A program made the position numbers and the translations under genes. A stretch of 64,000 nt of DNA. It comes from an uncultured Pirellulaceae bacterium (lineage in GTDB: Bacteria; Planctomycetota; Planctomycetia; Pirellulales; Pirellulaceae). Positions within the stretch are counted from its first letter, which is position 1. The number at the start of each line of letters is the position of its first letter. The notes under the pieces are model-generated. The model worked only from the letters and a program-made list of their open reading frames with translations. It did not search any database and had not been told where the DNA came from. The DNA lies in assembly GCA_964530985.1 (NCBI GenBank), contig CAZHCH010000009.1, positions 1,865 to 65,864 of the forward strand, written 5' to 3'. This document shows positions 49,206 to 59,962 of this stretch, one piece after another.

Positions 49206-49421
49206 ATGACTTCAAACCAACTTACAACTCAACTTTCTCAAGCGCTGCAGTTCCACCCGCACCTTAAGCAAACCAGCGTCCAAGTTCAGAGCCATCGGGG
49301 TAACGTTGTGCTCACAGGCACGGTTGGTTCGTATTATGAAAAGCAGCTTGCTCAAGAGACACTGCGAGGCATGACTGGCATTGCGTCGATCGACAATTCG
49401 TTGGAAGTAAATTGGCGTTAA
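49206..49421 (+). CDS. Single BON-domain protein
   Basis: VQVQSHRGNVVLTGTVGSYYEKQLAQE..GIASIDNSLEV. Confidence 0.85.
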   Translation: MTSNQLTTQLSQALQFHPHLKQTSVQVQSHRGNVVLTGTVGSYYEKQLAQETLRGMTGIASIDNSLEVNWR

Positions 49422-49639
49422 ATCGCCGAGTCTGTTTGCCGGTCAAGTCCGTTTACCGGAAGGCTATTTCTGCCATCCTAAGAACTTGTTTTCCTACGGC
49501 TCCTCGCCTCTTGCAGTGCTGGTACACGCGCATTGCCCAGCCGAAAGCGTTACCAAACGCAAAAAAGCGAGAGACGGCTTTTAGACCAACACTCGCTTAA
49601 ATTCGTTTTCAATTTGATTTAGACTTTATTTCAATTGGT

Positions 49640-51280
49640 TTAGGTCAACCAATCGGGAAGCTCTTTGATAGCTGGTAGCTGAATCAACTCCGCCGATAAA
49701 ATCGCTTCATTTTTAGTGATCTTTTCGAGGACACCGTCAGTCGTAGTGCTGTCGATGTTCAGGACACCGATCGCTCGCCCGCCACTTTTGTCACCGTTGC
49801 GGCCAACGGCCATCTGGGCAATATTAACGCCTTCTTCGCCCAGTAAATTACCGACGTAGCCGATGATGCCTGGAATATCTGAATGATCGAACACCATTAA
49901 GTTACCGTCCATGAAGGTTTCGGTTTGGTAATCGTCTAATTTCACCAGTCGCGGCATGTTTTTTCCGAATAGCGTACCTGTCGCAGAACGCTTGAGGCCG
50001 TCACCACTAACCGTAGCCGAAATCATACTGCTAAATACGGAATGGTCTGGGTTTGCGGTGCGAACGATTTCGATACCACGTTCACGACAGAGCATTTCCG
50101 AATTGACAATATTTGCTTCGTTAAAGATGTGCCCAATCAGGCCAGCACAAAAAGCCGACACCAACGGTCGTGAGTCGATTTCTGCTAATTCACCCTGAAA
50201 TTCTAGTTGGCAATGATCAATCGCTCCACCATGCCATTGAGCCAGCAGTAGCCCAAGGCGGTATGCTACGTCTAGGTGGTGACGTAAGGCGTTAAGAGTT
50301 TTGGGGTCCAACGAAACGGTGTTCACTGCCGATCGGATTTCGCCGGTTGATAGATAGTTAATTAATAGATCGACCGCTTCGATGGCTACCTCGACCTGTG
50401 CCTCATCGGTGTTAGCTCCTAGGTGCGGTGTACACAAAACATTGTCCATGTGGAACAATGGGTTATCAGTGCAAGGTTCCTCTGGGTAAACATCCAAAGC
50501 AACACCACCCAAGTGTCCCGACTTAAGACCCTCGATTAGGGCCTCGTTATCGTAAATACCGCCACGAGCGCAGTTAATCAACCGAACACCTGGCTTAAGT
50601 AATTTCACTTCGTCATGGCTGATCAAGTTGGTTGTTTCAGGAGTCAGTGGAGTATGCACGGTCAGGTAGTCGACCTCCGGCAGCAGGTCTTTAACTTGTT
50701 CGACTTTCTCGATACCTAACTCTTTTGCTCGTTCACCTGTTAAAAACGGGTCAAAGCCGACGATCTTCATACCAAAAGCTTTCGCACGAGCCGCAACGCC
50801 TTGACCGATTCGACCAAGGCCAATGACGCCCAGCGTTTTTCCTGACACCTGTGAGCCTTGGAATTTTTTACGATCCCAGCAACCGGCTTTTAGACTTTCC
50901 ATCGCCGGCGCGATGTTTCGAGACAGGCCCAACAACAATGCTATTGCGTGTTCGGCGGTACTGACCGTGTTTCCAGCTGGCGTATTCATGACCACGATGC
51001 CCAAACGAGTCGAAGCGGGCTTGTCGATATTGTCAGTGCCCACACCTGCTCTTACGATCGCCTTGAGCGTGCTATTTCCTTCAAGCGATTCGGCGGTGAT
51101 TTGGACGCCACTACGGCAAACAGCACCATCGTAATTCGCTAGTTCGAATTTTAATTCTTCGTCTTTGAGGCCGGTTTTGATGTCAAATTCGATATTTTTG
51201 GCGGCCCTGAGTTTTGCAAGGCCCTCTTCGGCGATATTGTCTAGCACAATGACTCGTGCGACTTTTGTTGTTTGATTCAT
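49640..51280 (-). CDS. serA: D-3-phosphoglycerate dehydrogenase (with ASB and ACT domains)
   Basis: RAGVGTDNID, NTPAGN, GLGRIG, INCARGG, TPHLGA, C-terminal ACT DIPGIIG; downstream of serC. Confidence 0.95.
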   Translation of the reverse strand: MNQTTKVARVIVLDNIAEEGLAKLRAAKNIEFDIKTGLKDEELKFELANYDGAVCRSGVQITAESLEGNSTLKAIVRAGVGTDNIDKPASTRLGIVVMNTPAGNTVSTAEHAIALLLGLSRNIAPAMESLKAGCWDRKKFQGSQVSGKTLGVIGLGRIGQGVAARAKAFGMKIVGFDPFLTGERAKELGIEKVEQVKDLLPEVDYLTVHTPLTPETTNLISHDEVKLLKPGVRLINCARGGIYDNEALIEGLKSGHLGGVALDVYPEEPCTDNPLFHMDNVLCTPHLGANTDEAQVEVAIEAVDLLINYLSTGEIRSAVNTVSLDPKTLNALRHHLDVAYRLGLLLAQWHGGAIDHCQLEFQGELAEIDSRPLVSAFCAGLIGHIFNEANIVNSEMLCRERGIEIVRTANPDHSVFSSMISATVSGDGLKRSATGTLFGKNMPRLVKLDDYQTETFMDGNLMVFDHSDIPGIIGYVGNLLGEEGVNIAQMAVGRNGDKSGGRAIGVLNIDSTTTDGVLEKITKNEAILSAELIQLPAIKELPDWLT

Positions 51281-51360
51281 TTTTTGTAGCTGATAGAAAA
51301 CGCGCAAAGGCAAAATAGTGGTTGATCAATTCGTTTCATGATCACAAGTGAAATCCGAAG

Positions 51361-52467
51361 TCAACCGTTGTTCGCCATGAAGTCCGTCATAAACTGGCTG
51401 AGCATTTGCACGCCCTCCATTGGCATCGCATTGTAAATCGAAGCCCGAATTCCGCCCAAACTGCGGTGGCCTTTCAAAGTAGTCATACCGGCTTGAGCTG
51501 CTTCTGCTAAAAACTTGGCTTCCAGTTCTGGAGTGGCAAGCATAAAGACGACGTTCATATCTGAGCGACAATCCTTGGCCGCGTGGCCACGGTAGTATCC
51601 GCCACTGCCATCAATCAAGTCATACAACAATTTCGCTTTCGCTTGGTTGAACTGACCAACTTTCTCAAGATCACCGAACTCGTCTTCCAACCATTTGCAT
51701 ACCAAGCCGGTCACATAGATCGCAAATGATGGTGGTGTGTTGAATCTTGATCCACCTTTAGAGTGGACGGCGTAGTTCAAGTAACTCGGCAAACGTTCGT
51801 CGCAACGTTCGAGGAGTTTCTTTTCGAGAACGACAACAGTCACTCCAGCAATGCCCGCGTTCTTTTGAGCACAAGCATAAATCATTCCGTAGTCAGAAAT
51901 ATTCAGTGGACGAGACATGAAATCCGAAGATTGGTCAGAGATAATCGGTGAACCGTTCGTGTTGGGCAATTGTTTGAACTGGACGCCTTGAATGGTCTCA
52001 TTGGACGTCAAATGGCAGTAAGCGGCACCATCGGTGAGCGACAGTTGATCTTGAGATGGCACGGACGAGAAACCTTGGTCGGTTCCGTTGTAGGCTTCGT
52101 TCAGGTTACCGAACCGATGCACTTCGGCTGCACTTTTTTTGCCCCAAGAACCATTAACGATGTAGTCAGCGGTTTGCGACTTGTCAGTCAAAAAATTACT
52201 GGCAATCATTACGTTTTGAAGTGCCGATCCGCCTTGAAGATATAAAATTTCATGCGTGTCAGGTAAATTCAGCAGGCGACTAAGCCGAGCGGTCGCGTCT
52301 TCGATGATTGCATCGAAGTCTTTACTTCGGTGGCTGATTTCTAAAACACTTGCACCAACACCTGGCAACGAAAACATCTCGTCTCGGATTTGTTGCAAAA
52401 CCGGAAGCGGAAGAACCGCCGGGCCTGCCGAAAAGTTAAAAACACGAGTAGGCATAGCGTTAGACAT
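51361..52467 (-). CDS. serC: Phosphoserine aminotransferase
   Basis: FNFSAGPA, EISHRS, NETIQG, ACAQKNAG, NTPP, GHRSLGGIRASIYNAM. Confidence 0.96.
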   Translation of the reverse strand: MSNAMPTRVFNFSAGPAVLPLPVLQQIRDEMFSLPGVGASVLEISHRSKDFDAIIEDATARLSRLLNLPDTHEILYLQGGSALQNVMIASNFLTDKSQTADYIVNGSWGKKSAAEVHRFGNLNEAYNGTDQGFSSVPSQDQLSLTDGAAYCHLTSNETIQGVQFKQLPNTNGSPIISDQSSDFMSRPLNISDYGMIYACAQKNAGIAGVTVVVLEKKLLERCDERLPSYLNYAVHSKGGSRFNTPPSFAIYVTGLVCKWLEDEFGDLEKVGQFNQAKAKLLYDLIDGSGGYYRGHAAKDCRSDMNVVFMLATPELEAKFLAEAAQAGMTTLKGHRSLGGIRASIYNAMPMEGVQMLSQFMTDFMANNG

Positions 52468-52858
52468 GTCGTTTGTTTCTCTGTTACATCTTAAATTGGG
52501 AACCGATCGAAGGCGACAATCTGCAGATAGTCTTTAACTCCGATTCATTGACCCAACAGTGTAAATCTATGCCTGAAGGCTGGGTAGACCGGATGGAAAC
52601 TTAGCGCGAACTCTTGGCAAAATGCTGCTGATTCTTGACGTGGCTTACTTCAAATAATGCGGATTCACTCGACCGCTTTCAATGACATTGAGGCCTTATC
52701 GTGAATCACGTGGACGGTAGGCCTGTCTAATGGTGGCGGAAACGCAACTATTACCTGCTAACGCTTGTCTTAGCCTAGGATCTCAGCGATCGACACGAAT
52801 TACGATCTGTAACTAACGTTTGAAATGACCCCGTTTCGCTGGCCGCTGGTCACTAAAT

Positions 52859-54232
52859 CTATTTGCCTATAATGAAACCGCCGATAAAGCCGACCAGAAT
52901 TCCAATTGAGAGACAGATCACGGCAGTGACCAGCAAGGCGGGCATCGAAAACAAAACCGGATCTTTAAGACGTTTCGCCGATTTGAACTGCTCGACCACC
53001 GAGATCGGTGGTGGCTTTGATCCTGAGTGCGAGATTGTCCCGGATCCAGTTGTACGATCTTGTAGACTCGTTTGCGAGGCATCGGTCAAGTCGTTCATCG
53101 CCATTTCGGTGACCTCATCATTGGGGTCAGTGTCATGCGCGTCTGGCGAATCCAACGGCACTGATGCCCAACGAAGACGTTCATCGAAGCCATCGTGCAA
53201 CAACGGACTATCGTCATCAGCCCATGGCGCCAAACGTTCGGCAACTTCATTGGCAGTCTGAATCCTTTCTTTAGGATCCTTTTCCATCATGTCACCAATG
53301 AGATCCACAAAGTCATCGCTTACCTCTTCGTTGAAGCGGCGCGGATGCCAAGGCGTTTCTTCTAGGTGTCGGCGAGCTTTACTTTTGGGCGTGCCACCTG
53401 GGAATGGTACTTTGCCCGTCACGGCATAGTACAACGTACAGCCGAGCGAATAGATGTCACACACGTGAGTAATACTATTGGGTGTGCGAATTTGTTCGGG
53501 GGACAGATAATCAGCGGTGCCGACAATCTTTCCTGCTCGCGGGTCCGTGTTGTCGTTCAGATAGAATGCCAACCCCAAGTCAGATAACTTTGCTACACCG
53601 TCGTTGGTAACTAGAATGTTTCCCGGTTTAATGTCACGGTGAATTAGCCCGCGATCGTGAGCATGGCTTAAACCCTCGGCGGCCTGTTTTACGACATTGG
53701 CTGCTTGCTGCACCGACAGCTTTCCTTTTGTGCGAACCAACCTTCTCAAATCGGTACCAGGAACGTATTCAACGACTAAATAATGAACGTTGCCGTCTTC
53801 ACCAGCATCAAATGCTCGGACCAAGTTCGGGTGGTCAAGTTTTGCTTGAGCGCGAATTTCTCGGCGAAAACTCTCAATTGCTTCAGCAGTAGATTTGTGC
53901 CGCGGTAAAACCTTAACGGCAGACTCACGACCCAGCATCTCGTGAACCGCTTTAAAAACTTGCCCCATGCCACCTTGGCCGATCCAACCGGTAATAATGT
54001 ATGGCCCTAGATTCAACTTCCAACGGCCGGTCATCAGCTGGTCCGCTTGGTACGTCGACAGAATCTTCATCTCGACCAATTGTGTCGCCAGCGCTCGATC
54101 ACCAATTTCGGTCGCGATCCGAGGGTCACCACCGCGCGACTTAACGATCATATTAATCGCATCACTCACCTGTTCTTCGGTGATTAACTTGCTTTTAATC
54201 GCAGTCGCTTGAAAATTATGCCGGGGGCTCAT
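52859..54232 (-). CDS. Hanks-type Ser/Thr protein kinase with C-terminal TM anchor
   Basis: IGQGGMGQV, AVKVL, HRDIKPGN, SDLGL, GTADYLSPE, DIYSLGCT. Confidence 0.92.
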   Translation of the reverse strand: MSPRHNFQATAIKSKLITEEQVSDAINMIVKSRGGDPRIATEIGDRALATQLVEMKILSTYQADQLMTGRWKLNLGPYIITGWIGQGGMGQVFKAVHEMLGRESAVKVLPRHKSTAEAIESFRREIRAQAKLDHPNLVRAFDAGEDGNVHYLVVEYVPGTDLRRLVRTKGKLSVQQAANVVKQAAEGLSHAHDRGLIHRDIKPGNILVTNDGVAKLSDLGLAFYLNDNTDPRAGKIVGTADYLSPEQIRTPNSITHVCDIYSLGCTLYYAVTGKVPFPGGTPKSKARRHLEETPWHPRRFNEEVSDDFVDLIGDMMEKDPKERIQTANEVAERLAPWADDDSPLLHDGFDERLRWASVPLDSPDAHDTDPNDEVTEMAMNDLTDASQTSLQDRTTGSGTISHSGSKPPPISVVEQFKSAKRLKDPVLFSMPALLVTAVICLSIGILVGFIGGFIIGK

Positions 54233-54313
54233 GGACGCTTCTAGTGGTTTTGGTAAAAAACAGGCAAGTATGAAAAAGTTGCTTCGAAAGCGTAGGTGAT
54301 CCTTGGGTTGGTT

Positions 54314-55036
54314 TTAATTATCTCGTAAAAATGATTCAATTTTTTTCAAATTTACGGTGGGCCAATATCCGGGAGGATCGACCTTCACCGATTGTACGGT
54401 TTTTTTGGTCGGATGTAAAAAGGATAAGCTACGGCAGTGCAAAGCAATCCCCATAGGGAATCGCTCCTGGCTGCCATACTTTCGGTCCCCCAAAATAGGA
54501 AATCCCGCATTTTCCAGCTGAACACGGATCTGATGCTTGCGTCCGGTCTGCAGATCCACGTCTAACACTTGTAGTTGGCTATTTTCCACGATCGTTTGAT
54601 AACTCAACACCGCGCTCTTTTCATTGGCGACCGGCGCAGCGTTTTCTGGCACAACTTGCATGCGATGCAAGCTCTCGTTTTTAACCAGTCGATCCAACAG
54701 CGTCGCTTCCGTCGGAACTAGCCCCGCTGGAATCAAAGCCAGATAGCGTTTTTCGATGGTCCCTCTGCGAATTTGATCTGACAGTCGTGCGGCGGCTTTG
54801 GAGGTGCGAGCCAACACAATCGCTCCAGTGGTGTGAGCGTCTAAACGGCTGACAACGCCGACGTAGACGTTGCCCGGTTTGTTGTATTTAATTTTCAGAT
54901 ACTGGGAAGCTCGACGATGCAGGCTGTCCTCATCAGCTTTGACTCCCATTGTCGGCAATAATGCAGGTTTGTTGACTATCAGTAAGTGATTGTCTTCGAA
55001 AAGCACTTCGAGCTGGTTGTCGCCGTTAGAATTCAT
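54314..55036 (-). CDS. RluA-family RNA pseudouridine synthase
   Basis: FEDNHLLIVNKPA, VSRLDAHTTG, TGRKHQIRVQL, PILGDRKYG, LHC..LSFLHP. Confidence 0.92.
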   Translation of the reverse strand: MNSNGDNQLEVLFEDNHLLIVNKPALLPTMGVKADEDSLHRRASQYLKIKYNKPGNVYVGVVSRLDAHTTGAIVLARTSKAAARLSDQIRRGTIEKRYLALIPAGLVPTEATLLDRLVKNESLHRMQVVPENAAPVANEKSAVLSYQTIVENSQLQVLDVDLQTGRKHQIRVQLENAGFPILGDRKYGSQERFPMGIALHCRSLSFLHPTKKTVQSVKVDPPGYWPTVNLKKIESFLRDN

Positions 55037-55083
55037 AGAATGTTATTGTTTTCCAAAGCCTGCTTTGACCTTTTTTAGATTGG

Positions 55084-55689
55084 ATGTGCCCGTTGTCACC
55101 CGGCCATAGTTTAGAAGCTAAATTGATTCTTGCCAGTCAGTCTCCGCGTCGACGGCAGTTGTTGTCCGACGCAGGATACGATTTTTCCGTCGTAGCCCCA
55201 AGTGATGCGATTGAACGCGGCATCTGCAGCAACTGTTCTCCCGAAGACACCGTACTCGAAGGGGCATTCTTGAAAGCTCGCGCGATCGCTAGCCAAACAT
55301 CGCATGGCTTAGTCTTGGCAGCGGACACCGTTGCCGAGTGCCGAGGAGAAGTTCTAGGCAAACCAACTGATCGCGACCACGCCGAGCGAATGCTACGACT
55401 AATGAGCGGTAAAACTCATCGGGTGCTGACTGGAGTTTGCTTATGGAACTGCCCCGACAACCGCCGCGTTTGTTTTCTTGAGCAAACGGTACTGCGAATG
55501 GACGAACTATCCAATGAGCAACTGACAGACATCTTGGACTCTGACAGCTGGGTCGGAAAGGCAGGCGGATTTGGCTACCAAGATGGACTCGACTGGCTGC
55601 ACGTTGAATCGGGTTTGGAGTCGAACGTCGTGGGACTGCCAGTGGAAAAACTGGCTGGCTGGATCGATAGCTTTAAGGGCCAAGCTTGA
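55084..55689 (+). CDS. maf: Maf-family nucleoside triphosphate pyrophosphatase
   Basis: ILASQSPRRRQLL, AADTV, LGKP, H.VLTGV, KAGGFG, NVVGLP. Confidence 0.92.
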   Translation: MCPLSPGHSLEAKLILASQSPRRRQLLSDAGYDFSVVAPSDAIERGICSNCSPEDTVLEGAFLKARAIASQTSHGLVLAADTVAECRGEVLGKPTDRDHAERMLRLMSGKTHRVLTGVCLWNCPDNRRVCFLEQTVLRMDELSNEQLTDILDSDSWVGKAGGFGYQDGLDWLHVESGLESNVVGLPVEKLAGWIDSFKGQA

Positions 55690-55753
55690 ATGCTTGACCT
55701 GCTTGAAAACGATTCGGAAAGTTGACCAAACAGCTCGACCTTTGGTACACGAG

Positions 55754-57496
55754 CTAGTCTGATGACATAATCTGTTGCTCGGCCCACGGTTTGAGCTGCT
55801 CACGAAAAATCTTTGAGTTATGACGAATGTCTACTGGTAGCTTTTTCCTCAACAGAACATGTTCGATCGACGAAGTTTTTGAATGAGCGGCCAGTTGCTG
55901 TTTTATTTCGTCAATTAGCGCCCGAGAATCGACCGGATTGACGGGCCAAGCGTCTGCGAGTGGTTCGACGATCATCACGGGAGTTTCGTTACCGGCTTCT
56001 CCCACGCCGACTAAGGCGCTTCGATAGATTTTTGAATTCACGTTGCTGATCGCTTCGCATGGAATCGTGAACATCGTTCCCTGTGCCGTGCGGACACGAT
56101 GACCTTTGCGACCGCAAAACCAGAACCGATCGTCAGCGTCTAGATAGCCGACATCGCCCATACGGTGCCAAAAAGAATCGCCATCGATAATTTTATGCTG
56201 CGCGTTGGCTTCGGTACGAGTCACGTATTGGTCAGTTACCACAGGACCTTTCACGATTAATTCGCCAATCTCTCCGGCACCGACCGGGGCAACAAGATCG
56301 ATCTGTTCAATCGGTTCATCAGAGATTTCGATCACGCGCCATTGGATCTGGCTAAATTTATGACCGACGCAAGTTCCAAAGCCATCGTTAGTCCTAGCGG
56401 CTGTTTCGCCGATCACAACCGAAGCAGCATTGCAAGCAACCGGCAATGCTTCGGTTGCGCCGTATGGCGTATAGACGTCTCCGTCGTCCGAGATCACCAG
56501 TTTGACTCGGCGGAGCACGTCCGGTGGAACGGGGGCACCAGCGGTGAACACACTTTTAATCTTCGGCAACGTGACGTTATGGGCAACGCAATAATTCGAC
56601 ACGGTATTCCATAGCGCTGGTGAACCAAACGATTGCGTCGCCGAAAATTGTTCCGCAGCGTCAATCAAATTAGGCGGATAGATTTCAGCCGGCTTGGTTG
56701 CATCCATCGCGGGAAAAACAGTCGTTGTTCCCATCGCGGTGTTGAACAAAGCAAATAATGGGAAACCCGAAACATCAACCGCTCCAGGACGGAGCGAAAA
56801 ATAGTCACGAATTTGCTGCGCTTGTTCAATAAAATTACGATGCCGGTAAAGAACACCTTTGGGCGGTCCGGTACTACCAGTGGTGAAAATAATGGCCGCA
56901 GGCGACTCGCGATCACAATCGTTGGCATCGATGATCGCTTCAGGGCGTGGCAAATCAGCGTCTTGTAATTGGTCGGTGCGTTTACAGCCCGGAAACCACC
57001 CATCGGTAGATAAGTTAATCCGGCAAGTATTTAGTTTCTTCCGAAAAACCAATCGAGCTAGGTGTGCCTTACGGATGCCGACCATCGCCGTTGGTTTAGC
57101 CGCAGCCAGACAACCAATCATGTTCTTCCGCCCCATCCCTGGGTCGATCAAAATACTAACCGCATTGGTCTTGTAGAGTGCAAACACGTGAGCAACAAAA
57201 TCAATGCCTGGAGGCACCATTAGAGCAACTCTCATACCCGGTGTTACGCCTGCTTGGCAAAGTTTGACGGCAATCCGATTCGCGCGTTTTTCTAATTGCG
57301 AAAAAGTAATTCGGTCATAAGCTAACTTTTGTCCGGGACGCACCTTTAGTTTGGTTGGCCGAGCTGAACTTGGGCAGGCGACGGCAATTTGATCCGGTAG
57401 ACGACAGGCGGTTTCCGTCAAAGCTTGCCCGATGTTTTCAAGATGGTCCAAACGCCAAGGCGCGACTGAAACATCAGGTGTTTTTTTCGAATTCAC
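55754..57496 (-). CDS. oleC: OleC-like AMP-dependent ligase (olefin beta-lactone synthetase family)
   Basis: LIDPGMG, IFTTGSTGPPKGV, FPLFALF, FGSPALW, TPYGATEALPV, WHRMGDVGY, WFCGRK, PVDIRHNSKIFRE. Confidence 0.8.
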   Translation of the reverse strand: MNSKKTPDVSVAPWRLDHLENIGQALTETACRLPDQIAVACPSSARPTKLKVRPGQKLAYDRITFSQLEKRANRIAVKLCQAGVTPGMRVALMVPPGIDFVAHVFALYKTNAVSILIDPGMGRKNMIGCLAAAKPTAMVGIRKAHLARLVFRKKLNTCRINLSTDGWFPGCKRTDQLQDADLPRPEAIIDANDCDRESPAAIIFTTGSTGPPKGVLYRHRNFIEQAQQIRDYFSLRPGAVDVSGFPLFALFNTAMGTTTVFPAMDATKPAEIYPPNLIDAAEQFSATQSFGSPALWNTVSNYCVAHNVTLPKIKSVFTAGAPVPPDVLRRVKLVISDDGDVYTPYGATEALPVACNAASVVIGETAARTNDGFGTCVGHKFSQIQWRVIEISDEPIEQIDLVAPVGAGEIGELIVKGPVVTDQYVTRTEANAQHKIIDGDSFWHRMGDVGYLDADDRFWFCGRKGHRVRTAQGTMFTIPCEAISNVNSKIYRSALVGVGEAGNETPVMIVEPLADAWPVNPVDSRALIDEIKQQLAAHSKTSSIEHVLLRKKLPVDIRHNSKIFREQLKPWAEQQIMSSD

Positions 57497-57736
57497 AAGA
57501 TTTGAATTTAAGATTGGGCATGTTGTAGGGTTACCTAAAACGACTGAATGTCGTAAATTATTGGTTGGTATATGGTCCGGTTAGTTTCATCGCTATCTCG
57601 TCTTTCCAATGAAAGTTACATCATCCTACCATACATACATCCCTTCTCGTAACTCGTATGACACGCGAACACAAAACGTGTAAAGTTATTGGTTGGTTTA
57701 TTATTGACTATCGATTTCGGTTGTGGAGCTCAACAA

Positions 57737-59797
57737 GTGGATATTGACGCCTATCATCTTTGCCCTTGTCAGAGTGGTAACAAAATCAAGTTCTGTTGTG
57801 GCAAAGACGTCATCAACGACCTTAATGAGATTCTCAAGAAAAGCAGCAGTGGCCAAGTGCAAGCCGCACTTGATCAGCTTGAACGAACCGCTGAAAAAAA
57901 CGGTGCCAGAGACTGCTTACTGGTGATTAAAACTCATATTTTGATTTCTGCCAACGACATCGAAGCAGCCAAAACCGTCAACGCCCAATTCCGTGAACAA
58001 TCACCAAACCATTCGATGGGCTTGCAACACTTGGCCGTGATTGACCTATCTGAAGGCCGCTTAGACGACGCAATCAATTCCTTGCAAGATGCGATGGACG
58101 TCATTAAAGGCGCTGAAGTTCCGGTCGCTACTAGTAATGCCTTTAAAGTCGTTGCAGCGGCTTTGGTTGAGCATGGTTTCGTGTTCGCTGGCTTGGCTCA
58201 CTTGCAATTTGCCAGCCGACTGCGTGGCGACGAAGATCGGGAAATTTCTGAGATGTATATGGGGCTGCTCCAAGAGTGGTCGTTCTTTTCCTTTCTGTTT
58301 CAATCGGAGTTTCTTGAACAAGCTCCAGAATCGGTCGAGTGGGAAAAGCTCTATTCCAATGCCGAACGAGCAATCGCGCGAGGACAATTCCGCCGCGCAT
58401 TGCAGTATCTGACCAAAGCAGACAATGACTTCGCCGCTCACCCGACGGTCCTGCACGCACTGGCGGTGGTCAAAACAATGCTCGCCCATTCAGATGCCGC
58501 TGATGCTTGGCGGGCTTACGCAAACTGGCCGGACTTGAACAGCGCGTATGCGGCCGAGGCGTTGGCCTTTGCCTACGTTCAAGACAGTTCTTGGGCGGTC
58601 ACAGACCCAATTATGATGTTGCGTTACGAATTGGAAGACATCGATTCCGTTTCTGAAAAATTGATCACGAGTAAAATTTTTGAGCCAGTAAAAACACCTA
58701 AGCAAACGCCCGACGGCACACCTCCGCCGCGGCATGGGTTTGCCGTATTAAATAAACCGGTGTCGAAAAAATCAGAATCGTTGTCGTTGGACGACATCGC
58801 GCTGCGGGTTTGCAATGCTGAAATTTACGGCAAACAAACCGATCGCCCAGCTCGCATGGACCTTTGGGTTAGCACCAGCCGCGTTGACGAAGTGAAGGCA
58901 CTACTGGACCAAATTGATATCGAACTCGGCGAGATGGTTTCGGAAGTTGTTCACGAAGCCAGCGTTGCTCAAGATGTTTTGTTGTTAACACAGGCATTGT
59001 TACCGGTTGACCTCGAACCATCCAAAGCGGATCAACTGCTGATGGAACATCGCCGTCAGTGTTTCTTGAACGAAGTGCTGAATTTGCAGCTCGACCAAAA
59101 CCACACGTTGTCAATTCGCGATGCGGCCAAGCAACCAGAACTAAGAAATTTGGTTTACGCACGATTGTTGATTTTAGTTTCCAATTCAAAGTCGCGATTT
59201 GCTCCAAGAGGCGTCTTCAAGGAAATGCTAGAGAAACTGGGTTTGCCGCCGCTTGGGCCCGTAAAACCAGACGAATTCGCCGCCATGACGTCGCCACTGC
59301 GAAGTCGCGCTGTGGATCTAAGCTTAGCCAGTTTAGAAAATCTACAACTGCTAGAGAGTGCGGGAATGAACTGCAACGATGCGAATATGGTGGCTTGTGC
59401 GATTACCGAATATCTTAATCGAGAGGACCGAGACAAGAGCTTGGACGCCGCGAAGTTGAGAACATTGTCTAAGTGCGGAAATGGCCTCAATGAAACCTTG
59501 GGATTGATCTTGCGAGCTAAACAAGCAGCCGATGAGGCTGGCAACCGGCGTGAAGCTGGATTTGCCTTGTGCCATGAATTCGAATTGCGACTGGAATTGC
59601 GGAACGTCGATCGGGCTCGGAATATCGTGCAAGAAGTCGCCGCTTATTCAGATGACGAAGAAGTCAAATTTGAATTCACACGAATCCTATCCGAACGCGG
59701 ATTGCTGGACCAAACGACACCGCTTGATAAAATAGCTGGAGCACCACCTGCAAAAGCGGCTCAAACCACCAAGCCCAAACTGATTTTACCCAATTAA
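57737..59797 (+). CDS. SEC-C-like zinc motif + TPR-like helical protein
   Basis: DAYHLCPCQSGNKIKFCC at the N-terminus; GTG start with GGAG RBS; C-terminal KLILP (ORF opens at 57689). Confidence 0.75.
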   Translation: MDIDAYHLCPCQSGNKIKFCCGKDVINDLNEILKKSSSGQVQAALDQLERTAEKNGARDCLLVIKTHILISANDIEAAKTVNAQFREQSPNHSMGLQHLAVIDLSEGRLDDAINSLQDAMDVIKGAEVPVATSNAFKVVAAALVEHGFVFAGLAHLQFASRLRGDEDREISEMYMGLLQEWSFFSFLFQSEFLEQAPESVEWEKLYSNAERAIARGQFRRALQYLTKADNDFAAHPTVLHALAVVKTMLAHSDAADAWRAYANWPDLNSAYAAEALAFAYVQDSSWAVTDPIMMLRYELEDIDSVSEKLITSKIFEPVKTPKQTPDGTPPPRHGFAVLNKPVSKKSESLSLDDIALRVCNAEIYGKQTDRPARMDLWVSTSRVDEVKALLDQIDIELGEMVSEVVHEASVAQDVLLLTQALLPVDLEPSKADQLLMEHRRQCFLNEVLNLQLDQNHTLSIRDAAKQPELRNLVYARLLILVSNSKSRFAPRGVFKEMLEKLGLPPLGPVKPDEFAAMTSPLRSRAVDLSLASLENLQLLESAGMNCNDANMVACAITEYLNREDRDKSLDAAKLRTLSKCGNGLNETLGLILRAKQAADEAGNRREAGFALCHEFELRLELRNVDRARNIVQEVAAYSDDEEVKFEFTRILSERGLLDQTTPLDKIAGAPPAKAAQTTKPKLILPN

Positions 59798-59962
59798 CAG
59801 CTGGACAATGATCATAGCAGGACTCGCTCGAGCTCGGTTTTTTAACTACCGATTCTAACTCAGACGAATCTGTTAATTCAAAAATCTACTCATCCAGACT
59901 TCGAACGGGCCCAACTAAACTAGAATTCTAACTAAACGCAGTACAAGCCTCAGAGAAGCAAG

